This document shows positions 8,927-17,835 of a DNA stretch of 17,974 nt, in pieces (positions within the stretch are counted from its first letter, which is position 1; every line of letters starts with the position of its first letter). The DNA is from Candidatus Muiribacteriota bacterium (GTDB lineage: Bacteria; Muiribacteriota; Muiribacteriia; Muiribacteriales; Muiribacteriaceae), in the NCBI GenBank assembly GCA_051747805.1, contig JBNJGP010000053.1, forward strand, positions 1-17,974, written 5' to 3'. Position numbers and translations under genes: made by a program. The notes under the pieces are model-generated. The model was not told the origin of the DNA. It did no database searches and worked only from the letters and a program-made list of their open reading frames with translations.

Positions 8927-8932
8927 TGAAGT

Positions 8933-9496
8933 ATGAAATATTTATTTTTTGCCTGTTTAATTTTTTGTACAATATCTGCAATATGCCATCCTCATGTCTG
9001 GGTTGAGGTTAATACCAGAGCGTATACTTCAGAGAATGAGTTAGAAAAAATTAAATTAAAATGGACATTTGATGAGATGTTTTCTATGCTTTTTGAAGAG
9101 GATTTCAATGATTCAAAAGACGGAAATTATACAGATGAAGAAAAAGAATTTGTAAAAAAAACAGTGTTTAAAAATATGTCTGATTATAATTACTATACTA
9201 CAATAAAAATTGACGGTGAAGAAGTTAACCTGACTCCGGAGTTTGAAATGGACACTGAAAATCGAATTTTAATTTTTAACTTCACCTATAACATAAATGA
9301 AAAAATTAAAGATGAGAGTCAAAATATTTTAATAAGTGTGTTTGATGAAGAGTTTTATCATGATATTGAGCTTAGTTCTCCTGTTTTTAAGGTAGAGGGT
9401 GAAAGTTCGGATAAAGTTGATTTTAAAGTTCAGGAAGGGGAATTTGAGTGGTTTTATTCAGTGATTGAAGTTGAAGAACTGGTTATTGAATTTTAA
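8933..9496 (+). CDS. DUF1007-family periplasmic metal-binding protein (ZevA-like)
   Basis: Signal peptide followed by HPHVWV; W-T-FDEMFS; late FDEEFYHDI motif. Adjacent to an RcnA/NicO-type permease, as is typical for the family. Confidence 0.85.
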   Translation: MKYLFFACLIFCTISAICHPHVWVEVNTRAYTSENELEKIKLKWTFDEMFSMLFEEDFNDSKDGNYTDEEKEFVKKTVFKNMSDYNYYTTIKIDGEEVNLTPEFEMDTENRILIFNFTYNINEKIKDESQNILISVFDEEFYHDIELSSPVFKVEGESSDKVDFKVQEGEFEWFYSVIEVEELVIEF

Positions 9497-9499
9497 TAT

Positions 9500-10489
9500 A
9501 TGAAAAAACAACTTCTCTTATTCATTTTTATAATCACCTTAATCAGTTTAGTTTCTTATGCAAGTCCTTATAATATTGAGCGTGAAAGCGAATCTAAAGA
9601 AAGGTTAAAAACTGAAGAAGTTAGTACGACAGCCCAGGTTCAAAAAAAATCCTGGATAAAAATGCCGACTTTTATTAATTCAATAAGAAAAAAGATTATT
9701 TCCTATCAGAGAGACCTTAATAGGATGATTTCTTCTAATCTGAACAAACTTCAAAAGGACAGATCCTTAAAAACTCTCTTGATTATTGCGTTTTTATCTT
9801 TTGTTTATGGATTTGTGCATTCGCTTGGACCTGGTCATGGTAAAGTAATTATTGCGTCCTATTTCCTTGGGAAAAAGTCAAAAATTATTCATGGTGTTGC
9901 CGCTGGCTCACTTATGGCGTTTATTCATGCTTTATCCGGTACTATGGTTGTATTAATTTTTTATTTTTTTTTGAAAAAATCGCTTATGAGCGCAACCTCC
10001 GATGCTGAGAGCGGGTTGCGGTTTGTCACAAGCATTTTAATTATACTGCTTGGTAGTTTTATGCTCATTAATGAGATTTTAAGGAAAAATAAAAATTATT
10101 CTGATGATAATAAGGTTGAGGTTAAAGGAGCCAATCAGGCATATATGCTTTCGATTGCTGCTGGACTTGTTCCCTGTCCAGGTGTAATACTTGTTTATTT
10201 GTTTTCGATTAATCTTGGAGTTTTAAGATTCGGTGTTGTTTCTGTTATTTCTACAGCCCTTGGAATGGCGGCCGGAATATCGCTGGTGGCTGTAGGGGTT
10301 ATTGTTGCCAGAAACTATGTTGAAAAAATAACTTTTTATGATTTTAATACTAAAAATGCTTCTGAAAAAGAATCTAATGAGCAAAAACAGAATAAACTTT
10401 TGAAACTGAAAAAATTTCAGAAAGTTTTTTCTATAATTGGCTTTAGTTTTATTATTATTTCTGGTTTTTTTATGCTTCTTTTTGTGTAA
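9500..10489 (+). CDS. Ni/Co (RcnA/NicO, ZevB-like) family permease
   Basis: YGFVHSLGPGHGKVII, FIHA and GLVPCPG motifs; multiple TM segments; N-terminal signal-like segment. Confidence 0.88.
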   Translation: MKKQLLLFIFIITLISLVSYASPYNIERESESKERLKTEEVSTTAQVQKKSWIKMPTFINSIRKKIISYQRDLNRMISSNLNKLQKDRSLKTLLIIAFLSFVYGFVHSLGPGHGKVIIASYFLGKKSKIIHGVAAGSLMAFIHALSGTMVVLIFYFFLKKSLMSATSDAESGLRFVTSILIILLGSFMLINEILRKNKNYSDDNKVEVKGANQAYMLSIAAGLVPCPGVILVYLFSINLGVLRFGVVSVISTALGMAAGISLVAVGVIVARNYVEKITFYDFNTKNASEKESNEQKQNKLLKLKKFQKVFSIIGFSFIIISGFFMLLFV

Positions 10490-10618
10490 TACTATTTTCA
10501 TAAAGTGGGTATCCTATCTTTTTATTTTATTGAGAATTAAATAAAATTATGTTATTGATTAAGAACGGAAATTTAATTTGTGGCTATTTTTTTAAAAAGT
10601 GAGGTCGATATAAATATT

Positions 10619-11341
10619 ATGAAGGAAAGAATTCAGAAAGTGTTGTCAAATCTTGGGATAATGTCCCGTCGTGAGGCCGAAAGATATATTAAAGCGGGGA
10701 AAGTTATTTTAAATGGAAAAAAGGCCACTCCCGGGGATAAAGTGGATATTTCAAAAGATAATTTAATTGTTGATAAAAAACCTGTTAAAAATATACATAT
10801 ACAAAAATATTATATTATTAATAAGCCCGCTGGATATTTATGTACTCATAATGACCCTGAGGGAAGAAAAACTATTTTTGATTTAATTAAGGAAAAACTT
10901 TTTATTTCTTATGTTGGACGTCTTGACTATAATTCAGAAGGGTTAGTTCTTTTAACAAATGATGGAGAGCTTAAACAGTATTTATCACGTCCGGTCAACA
11001 AAGTTGAAAGGGAATATAAAGTAAAAGTTTCTAAAAATGTTTCACATGAAGATATTCCGGAGCTGATGAAACCAGTTATTATTGATAATCGAAAAGTTAC
11101 TCCTGAAAGAATAAATATTATAAAAAATACCAAAAAAAATGCCTGGATTTCAATTGTTGTTACAGAGGGTATTAATAGAGAAATTAGAAAGTTCTGTGAG
11201 CTTAAAGGACTGCTTGTTTCAAGATTAATACGTGTCAGATTCGGGCCGATAAAGTTAATAGGAGTTTCTAAAGGTGGTTATAGAGAATTAACATATAATG
11301 AAGTAAAATCGTTAAAAAAAATGATGGGGGAAAGGGGATAA
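10619..11341 (+). CDS. rluB: rRNA pseudouridine synthase, RsuA/RluB family
   Basis: S4 domain ERIQKVLS...SRREAE; NKPAG; catalytic VGRLDYNSEGL; EGINREIRK; RLIRVRFGPI. Start probably ATG 10619 (the ORF track extends to 10580). Exact paralog (RluB vs RsuA/RluF) is uncertain. Confidence 0.85.
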   Translation: MKERIQKVLSNLGIMSRREAERYIKAGKVILNGKKATPGDKVDISKDNLIVDKKPVKNIHIQKYYIINKPAGYLCTHNDPEGRKTIFDLIKEKLFISYVGRLDYNSEGLVLLTNDGELKQYLSRPVNKVEREYKVKVSKNVSHEDIPELMKPVIIDNRKVTPERINIIKNTKKNAWISIVVTEGINREIRKFCELKGLLVSRLIRVRFGPIKLIGVSKGGYRELTYNEVKSLKKMMGERG

Positions 11342-11344
11342 ATA

Positions 11345-12598
11345 TTGATACACATAAAAAAAATTGATGGATTAACGCTTATTTATGAGCAGATACCACA
11401 TGTTAAATCAATTAGTATTGGATTATGGATTAAAACAGGCACTGCCTATGAAAACAAGTTTCCCGAGGGAATTTCACATTTTATTGAGCATATGGTTTTT
11501 AAGGGAACCAAAAAAAGAGGGCCTAAAAAACTTGCAGAAGAATTAGACAGTGTTGGTGGTTATATGAACGCTTTTTCAAGTAAAGAATATACCTGTTTTT
11601 ATTCAAGGCTTATAAGCGAACATATAGAACTTGCTGTTGATATTCTGTCAGACATAACAATAAACTCGGTTTATGATTCTTATGAAATCGAAAAAGAAAA
11701 AGAAGTTGTTATTGAAGAAATTCAAATGTACGAGGATAATCCCGATGAGCTTGTTAATGATTTAATAAATGAAATCTACTGGTTTAAACATCCTCTGGGA
11801 AAAAATATTTTAGGAACAGTTGAATCAGTTGAAAATATTACAAGAGAAGATATTTTAGAATATGTAAATCAAAATTATGTAAAAGAAAATGTTGTAATCA
11901 GTGTTGCCGGGCATTTTGATGAAAAACAGATTATAGGGCTGATTAAAAAATATTTTAAAAATATGAAAATAAAAAATGAAAATTCATCAAAAATTCCGGA
12001 TAGTTTCAGGGCCGGTCCTCCCACTTTTATAAAAAAGGATATTAAGCAGACGCATTTCTGCCTGGCAATGCCTGGACCTTCTCAGGTAGATGATGATAAA
12101 TACGCTTTTGGAATTTTATCATCTGTTATCGGCGGTGGTATGAGCTCAAGACTTTTTCAGGAAATAAGAGAAAAATATGGTTATGTATATACTATTTATT
12201 CTTATGCTCAGTCTCATGTTAACTCGGGAATGTTTGTTGTTTATTTTGCCTGCAGCAATAAAAATACAGATAAAGTTATAGAGCTTGTTTATGGGGAGCT
12301 TAAAAAAATTAAACAGGAAGGTATTAAAAAAGAGGAGCTTGAAAGAGGAAAACAGCAGTTAAAAGGAAATATAATTCTTGCCCTTGAAAATACTTCTGCC
12401 AGAATGAGAAGACAGGCTAGCTCTCTTATATATTATAATAAGCTGATTGAGTTAGATGAGGTGATTGAAAAAATTGATAAAGTAAGTATGGATGATATTT
12501 TAAAAGTTTCTCAAAAATTTTTAACAAACGAAAAAAGTACTTACTGTACTGTTGGTTTAAGAAAGCCGAAATTTAATATTGAAGGGGTTCAATTATGA
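11345..12598 (+). CDS. M16B zinc metallopeptidase (insulinase/pitrilysin family)
   Basis: Inverted zinc motif HFIEH (GISHFIEHMVFKGT), NAFSSKEYT, GGGMSSRLFQEIREKYG-YVY. TTG start preceded by AGGGG. Confidence 0.95.
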   Translation: MIHIKKIDGLTLIYEQIPHVKSISIGLWIKTGTAYENKFPEGISHFIEHMVFKGTKKRGPKKLAEELDSVGGYMNAFSSKEYTCFYSRLISEHIELAVDILSDITINSVYDSYEIEKEKEVVIEEIQMYEDNPDELVNDLINEIYWFKHPLGKNILGTVESVENITREDILEYVNQNYVKENVVISVAGHFDEKQIIGLIKKYFKNMKIKNENSSKIPDSFRAGPPTFIKKDIKQTHFCLAMPGPSQVDDDKYAFGILSSVIGGGMSSRLFQEIREKYGYVYTIYSYAQSHVNSGMFVVYFACSNKNTDKVIELVYGELKKIKQEGIKKEELERGKQQLKGNIILALENTSARMRRQASSLIYYNKLIELDEVIEKIDKVSMDDILKVSQKFLTNEKSTYCTVGLRKPKFNIEGVQL

Positions 12599-13638
12599 TA
12601 AAAAAATTAAAAAACCTTTTAAAGAAATCTAAGTTTGATGCATTTCTTATTTCTAATCCTGTTAATATTTTTTACATAACTGGGGTTGAGGCTGACGGCA
12701 CCTATATACTGGTTGATAAAGATAAAGTTGAGGTTATCACTAATTTTATTTATTTTGATGATATTAAAAGTGCTTTAAAAATACCTCTCCAAGTCAAAAT
12801 GTTTAAAAATGATAACTTTTATTCTTTTTTTTCTAAAAAGTTAAAATATGGATTTGAATCTGATTTTATGACTTTTAATACTTATAACAGTTTTAAAAAG
12901 AATAATATTAATTTAATTCCCGGGGCAAACCCTGTGGAAGAGTTAAGGTATCAGAAATCAGAGGATGAAATAAAAAAAATAAAGAAGGCTGTAAACATTA
13001 CAGATAAAACTTTTAAAAAACTTCTCGGTGTTTTAAAAATCGGAATGAAAGAAACTGAAGTAGCAGACTATATTTTTGATTTTCAGAGAAGTTATGGTTC
13101 TTCAAACAACTCTTTTGATACTATTGCAGCTGTGGGTAATAATGCTTCACTTCCACATGCAAAATGTTCTGTGCGAAGAAAAACTAAAAAGAATTCCATG
13201 CTGAAGCTTGATTATGGAGCTACTTATAAACATTATACTTCGGATATGAGTAGAACTGTTTTTTTTGGAAAGGCGACACAGAAATTTAAAAAAATATATA
13301 ATATTGTTTTAAGTGCGCAGCTAAAGGCTATAGAAAAGATTAAACCCGGAGTTTCTGCTGCCGATATAGATAAGGAAGCAAGGGATTATATTTCTTCAAA
13401 AGGATATGGCGATAGATTCGGGCATGGATTAGGTCATGGTGTTGGACTTAATGTGCATGAGGCGCCCAGAGTTTCGTCAAAATCAAATCATAAGCTTAAA
13501 GAAGGAAATGTTATTACTGTAGAACCTGGTATATATCTGCCAGGCTGGGGTGGAATAAGAATAGAAGATATAGTTGTAGTTAGAAAAGAGGGGGCCGAAA
13601 TACTCACAAAGAGCACTAAAAAATTAATAGAGCTCTGA
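12595..13638 (+). CDS. Xaa-Pro aminopeptidase/prolidase (M24B)
   Basis: Creatinase-like N-domain; SLPHA, LDYGA...SDMSRT, FGHGLGHGVGLNVHE, TVEPGIY, GIRIEDIV. ATGA overlap with the M16 gene. Confidence 0.95.
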   Translation: MIKKLKNLLKKSKFDAFLISNPVNIFYITGVEADGTYILVDKDKVEVITNFIYFDDIKSALKIPLQVKMFKNDNFYSFFSKKLKYGFESDFMTFNTYNSFKKNNINLIPGANPVEELRYQKSEDEIKKIKKAVNITDKTFKKLLGVLKIGMKETEVADYIFDFQRSYGSSNNSFDTIAAVGNNASLPHAKCSVRRKTKKNSMLKLDYGATYKHYTSDMSRTVFFGKATQKFKKIYNIVLSAQLKAIEKIKPGVSAADIDKEARDYISSKGYGDRFGHGLGHGVGLNVHEAPRVSSKSNHKLKEGNVITVEPGIYLPGWGGIRIEDIVVVRKEGAEILTKSTKKLIEL

Positions 13639-13650
13639 GATGGAGGTTCT

Positions 13651-14265
13651 ATGAAGAAGTTTGTAACAGCAATACTGTTTTGTTTTGGCCTTTTGTGTAT
13701 GGCAGAATCAATAGTTACTTTTCCAACAAGTGATCAGATAAAGGGCGAAGAAAAAAATTTAATGTTAAAAATTGTTATTCCAAATGAGCTTGACCATGAG
13801 GACGAGGATCCGGCTCAGCAGACTGATTTTTCCTATTATAACAGAAATCCTTTTCCCGAAATTGATACAGGTAAGTTAAACTGGGAAAAACTTAAAACTT
13901 TCCCGAAAAAAGGTCTTTTAAGCCGGAACAGGAGTAAAAATCTTATAAAGAAAAGTGAAATCAGTAATCAATATGACCTTATGCTTGTTATAGCCGATTT
14001 ATTAAGTACGCTTAATCGTAAAAATAAAAATGAGTTGATTGATTCGGGTGTTACAAGGGAAGATATTGTGTATATTTCCCAACTGACCATGGAAGATTTT
14101 AATGACCTTGTTAGAAAATCCCATATAAATGTTGAAAGGTTAGCTGAAAGGCTTGATTATCTTAAAAAACAGTTTAGAGCCGGAAGAGGCGAGGTCAGAG
14201 TTTTACAGGTAAGGTCTGGCGAAGGCGGTGAAACTGTAATTCATCTTCAGCTGCACGAGGATTAA
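13651..14265 (+). CDS. Hypothetical exported protein (paralog A)
   Basis: GGAGG RBS; signal-peptide-like MKKFVTAILFCFGLLCMA; host-like codon usage; no recognised family. Confidence 0.8.
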   Translation: MKKFVTAILFCFGLLCMAESIVTFPTSDQIKGEEKNLMLKIVIPNELDHEDEDPAQQTDFSYYNRNPFPEIDTGKLNWEKLKTFPKKGLLSRNRSKNLIKKSEISNQYDLMLVIADLLSTLNRKNKNELIDSGVTREDIVYISQLTMEDFNDLVRKSHINVERLAERLDYLKKQFRAGRGEVRVLQVRSGEGGETVIHLQLHED

Positions 14266-14822
14266 TGAAGATTTTTAATAAAATAATTGTTTTCTTATTG
14301 ATATTAATTCAGACTTTTGTTTGTGGTTATGCCCGGGAAAGTCTGCACAAAGTGGAGGACCCTCCTGATTATTATGAAATCAGGCAGGGTTCTTTAATTT
14401 TTCTTGAAAAACCTATTATTAAAAAGGGCGAATATTTTATAAGAAGTTTTCCCTCTAATTCATTTGAACGTCTGCTTCAGATGAGAATAAGGCTTTGTGG
14501 AAAAAAATTAAAAAGCCAGTACAGGTCTGACCTTATTGATAAAGAACTTTTAGAAAATATTGAGATAACTGATAAATACATTAAAAATAAAGTTAAAAAT
14601 AAAAAATATGCCAGGATGTTTTTTGAATATTTAAAAGGGTTACAGAATGCTGATTTGCTGGCATTTAAAGATATTATTTTAGATTTTGATATTGAGATTA
14701 TTCCAGAATATAAGTGTTTATATGATAATATTGTTGAAAAGTTTAAAGATTTAAAAATTATCGTTGAAGATAAAGAATATTTTTCATATGTTGTTATGTA
14801 TTTTTCGCTGAGAGAAAAATAG
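14265..14822 (+). CDS. Hypothetical exported protein (paralog B)
   Basis: TAATG stop/start overlap, GAGGA upstream; signal-like MKIFNKIIVFLLILIQTFVCGYA; shares motifs with the upstream ORF. Confidence 0.78.
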   Translation: MKIFNKIIVFLLILIQTFVCGYARESLHKVEDPPDYYEIRQGSLIFLEKPIIKKGEYFIRSFPSNSFERLLQMRIRLCGKKLKSQYRSDLIDKELLENIEITDKYIKNKVKNKKYARMFFEYLKGLQNADLLAFKDIILDFDIEIIPEYKCLYDNIVEKFKDLKIIVEDKEYFSYVVMYFSLREK

Positions 14823-14843
14823 TCTTCATTTTATTTGCTTCAG

Positions 14844-14921
14844 CAATTCTCAATGAAAATAGAGAAAATCCTTGATTTGATGGGGTGACCACTAAAGGAT
14901 TTTCGGCTAAATTGAGAATTG
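14844..14921. other. Long imperfect inverted repeat / hairpin
   Basis: CAATTCTCAAT (14844-14854) pairs with ATTGAGAATTG (14911-14921); GAAAATCCTT (14864-14873) pairs with AAGGATTTTC (14895-14904); internal loops lie between them. Confidence 0.75.
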
Positions 14922-14931
14922 GTGTATTTGC

Positions 14932-14960
14932 TTGCTTTCTATTTTTATTTTTTGTATTAT
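14932..14960 (+). promoter_or_regulatory. Putative sigma-70 promoter for the radical SAM gene (leaderless-type)
   Basis: TTGCTT-17 nt-TATTAT; ATG 14969 follows after 8 nt with no SD. Confidence 0.5.
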
Positions 14961-14968
14961 TCCTTTGT

Positions 14969-16807
14969 ATGAAAATTTTACTTTCAACCCTGCATTCTAG
15001 ATATACACAGGCTACTCTTGCCCTGCCTGCTTTATATGCGAATTTACCCGGAAATGTTGAGGCTGAAATTGCCGAGTACAATATAAATCAGAGTATTGAT
15101 GATATTTTAAGAGATATTAAAGCCGAACAATATCATATAATTGGTTTTTCGTGTTATATATGGAATCTAGAACAGACATTGAAACTCTGCGGCAAGCTTA
15201 AGGCAGTAAATCCAGAACTTATTATAGTGCTTGGCGGGCCGGAAGTATCCTATAATCCCGAAGAAATTCTAAAACTTTATTCTTTTATTGATTATATAGT
15301 TTCAGGCGAGGGGGAGATGGTTTTTAAGCAATTTTTACTTAACTTGAACTCTTTTGAAAAACTAAAATATATTAAGGGATTAAACGGACAGAAAAAAGGA
15401 GAGATTTTTTTGAATTCACCTGCTGTTGTTGAGGATTTAAACAGTATAAATCTACCATATAAATATTTAAATCTGCTTGAGGAAAAAAAATTCTATTATT
15501 TTGAGTCCAGCCGGGGATGCCCCTATAAATGTTCCTACTGTTTATCCTCATTAACAGGAAAGGTTCGATTTCTGGATTTAGATAAAGTTAAGGAAAATCT
15601 TTTGTTTCTTATAAATCAGAATCTTGAAACAATTAGATTTATTGACAGAACTTTTAATATTAATGAAGAGAGAGCACAAAATATAATGAAGTTTATTATT
15701 GAAAATAAAAATCCCTCTCAGATGTTTCAGCTTGAAATCAAGGGTGATTTAATATCAAAAAGCTTTTTAACTTTTATAAATAATTTGCCTGAAAACACAT
15801 TTCAGTTTGAAATTGGTATTCAATCAGTATCGGATAAGGTATTAAAAACCCTTGAAAGGCGGGAAAGTTTTAATAAATTATTTGAAAATATTCAAAGCAT
15901 ATGCAACAGAGGTAATATTCATACTCACCTGGATTTAATTATTGGACTTCCCGGAGAAACTTTAGAATCCTTTAAAAAGGCAATTAATATTTCAAGGAAA
16001 TTAAATCCTGATACGCTTCAGGCAAATACTTTAAAGGTTTTGAGAGGTTCTGGGCTTCATATTAATATGGAAAAAGAAGGTCTAACCGCTTCCCCTTTTG
16101 TGCCATATGAGATACTGCGTACAAAGGATATGAGTTTTGATGAAATTAATCAGGCTGAAAAAGTTTCAAAAATTATAAATCTTTTTTATAATTCAGCCCT
16201 TTTTAAAAAAACACTTCAATTTATTGATGAAAAAGAAGATTTTTATAATTTATGCTTCAGGTTGAAAGAGTATTTTGAAAAAAATTCCATTAAATTTCAT
16301 TCGCTCTCACAAAAAAAAGCTTTTCTTGTTTTAAAAGATTTTTTAAGAGAAGAATTTAAAAAAGAAGATTTTTTTATTTTAAAAAATCTATTGAAACTTG
16401 ATTTTATTTTAACAAATAAAGATTATAAAAATAATTTTTATCCACTGAATAAAAAAGAGAAAAAGAAAAAGAAAGCAAAGGATAAAAAAATTTCTGAAAG
16501 AAAAATCGCAATGAAAACCAGATTTAAAACTGGCCCTTTGCTTAAAAGAATAGAATTTGAATATTTACCCACTGAATATAAAAATTTAAACGCAGATAAC
16601 GAAGGCTATTATTATTATTATTTTAATAAAGAAAAAAATCATAATGTATTTTTAACAGATAAACTTCAGATTGATACAGTTAAACTTATGTCAAATAAAA
16701 AAACTTTATCTTTTGAAGAAATTATTAAAAATTTAAAGGTTGACAAATCAAAAATAAAAAATATTATAGAGCTATTAATTAATAAAGAAATAATTGTTTT
16801 CATATGA
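14969..16807 (+). CDS. Cobalamin-binding radical SAM protein (DUF4080-type) with C-terminal wHTH-like extension
   Basis: B12-binding domain (IGFSCYIWN, IVLGGPEVS, GEGE); ESSRGCPYKCSYC (CX3CX2C); FIDRTFN; FEIGIQS; HLDLIIGLPGE. True start probably MKILL at 14969 rather than GTG 14885. Confidence 0.92.
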   Translation: MKILLSTLHSRYTQATLALPALYANLPGNVEAEIAEYNINQSIDDILRDIKAEQYHIIGFSCYIWNLEQTLKLCGKLKAVNPELIIVLGGPEVSYNPEEILKLYSFIDYIVSGEGEMVFKQFLLNLNSFEKLKYIKGLNGQKKGEIFLNSPAVVEDLNSINLPYKYLNLLEEKKFYYFESSRGCPYKCSYCLSSLTGKVRFLDLDKVKENLLFLINQNLETIRFIDRTFNINEERAQNIMKFIIENKNPSQMFQLEIKGDLISKSFLTFINNLPENTFQFEIGIQSVSDKVLKTLERRESFNKLFENIQSICNRGNIHTHLDLIIGLPGETLESFKKAINISRKLNPDTLQANTLKVLRGSGLHINMEKEGLTASPFVPYEILRTKDMSFDEINQAEKVSKIINLFYNSALFKKTLQFIDEKEDFYNLCFRLKEYFEKNSIKFHSLSQKKAFLVLKDFLREEFKKEDFFILKNLLKLDFILTNKDYKNNFYPLNKKEKKKKKAKDKKISERKIAMKTRFKTGPLLKRIEFEYLPTEYKNLNADNEGYYYYYFNKEKNHNVFLTDKLQIDTVKLMSNKKTLSFEEIIKNLKVDKSKIKNIIELLINKEIIVFI

Positions 16808-17835
16808 AAAAATTATTATTACTTTTAACTCTCTTATTAATATTAACAGGGTGTTCAAATCATACTCTTAACGTTGATAAAATATATGCACCTTCAGGGG
16901 ACATATTTTTTACAAAACCCAATGACTTTTCCCGACCCTTAATTGTCGAAGTAGAAAGTCAGAATATAGCTGGTTTTTTAGGCGGCGAAGGTTCCAGACA
17001 GAGAATGGCTGATATCCCAGTTGAATTTTCAATAATTTCCCCTAAAAATAATAAGGCGGGACTGAATGAGCCTGGAAAACAGAATTTAATCCTTAATACA
17101 AATGTTGAAGGAAAAGTTCAGGCAAACGTTATAACACAAAATTATATTGGGGAAGTGCATGTAAGGGCAAGGGTGTTAGAGCCTGATAAAGAGCTTTCCA
17201 CATCATTTTTTGTTTATTCTGGTATTGAGCTGATAGGAAATAACCAGGAAACAATGGCTGAAAGTTCTTTTGATAACCCAGCCGGAGTAAAAATTTATGA
17301 CAGCCAGGGTAACCCAAAGTCTGATGTAAGGGTTAAATTTAAAAAAGTTTCTAAAGAACTGGTAGTTTTTCCTGAGCTTGTTTATACAGATAAAAATGGT
17401 ATTGCATTAACTTCTATGATTGCCGGGGAATCGCCCGGAAAGATTTCACTTCAGGCATTAATTGATTATGAGGGCCTTTATTTTCCACCAGTTGAAATTG
17501 AGGCAAACGTGCTTAATCCTAATCAAATGATTATCCTTTTACTCGGGGGGCTTGGAATCTTTATATTTGGTATGAAGATGATGTCTGAGGGATTACAAAA
17601 AATTGCCGGTTCCAGTTTATCAAAAATACTTGCCTTTTTAACCAAAAATCGGGTTATTGCGGTTGTAACCGGTGCTGTTACAACGGCCGTTATACAATCT
17701 TCTTCAGCCTGCACGGTAATGATTGTAGGGTTCATGAATGCCGGGCTGCTTGGATTAAGGCAGGCAATGTCGGCTATTATGGGAGCTAATGTTGGAGGAT
17801 TTTTTGGAAAACGGATAAGGCATGGCATCAGATAA
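16804..17835 (+). CDS. Lipoprotein / Ig-like (Big_1-type) domains fused to a Na/Pi cotransporter (PNaS, NptA/YjbB-like); truncated at about 17797
   Basis: Lipobox LTGC; two invasin-like repeats (…DSQGNP…V.F…TDKNG.A…G…). From about 17527: [22 protein letters not shown]…[17 protein letters not shown]…IMGANVG. Similarity stops where GANxGTT should continue. Confidence 0.85.
   Translation: MKKLLLLLTLLLILTGCSNHTLNVDKIYAPSGDIFFTKPNDFSRPLIVEVESQNIAGFLGGEGSRQRMADIPVEFSIISPKNNKAGLNEPGKQNLILNTNVEGKVQANVITQNYIGEVHVRARVLEPDKELSTSFFVYSGIELIGNNQETMAESSFDNPAGVKIYDSQGNPKSDVRVKFKKVSKELVVFPELVYTDKNGIALTSMIAGESPGKISLQALIDYEGLYFPPVEIEANVLNPNQMIILLLGGLGIFIFGMKMMSEGLQKIAGSSLSKILAFLTKNRVIAVVTGAVTTAVIQSSSACTVMIVGFMNAGLLGLRQAMSAIMGANVGGFFGKRIRHGIR

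Noticed and set aside
10502..10530. Possible terminator AAAGTGGG…CCTATCTTTTTT after the permease
   Set aside because: Stem is short and bulged; too weak to call.
10223..11133. ORFs 10223-10501(-) and 10927-11133(-)
   Set aside because: Antisense to well-supported permease and pseudouridine synthase genes.
14885..14968. N-terminal transmembrane extension of the radical SAM protein
   Set aside because: Artefact of translating the T-rich promoter region; family similarity starts at MKILL (14969).
14794..15081. 95-aa minus-strand ORF as a RiPP precursor or regulator
   Set aside because: Overlaps two + strand genes and the promoter antisense, with no precursor-like features.
11345..16807. A complete RiPP biosynthetic cluster (M16 + aminopeptidase + radical SAM)
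   Set aside because: The peptidases look like ordinary housekeeping orthologs in an rluB operon, the radical SAM gene has its own putative promoter, and no precursor or exporter is visible.
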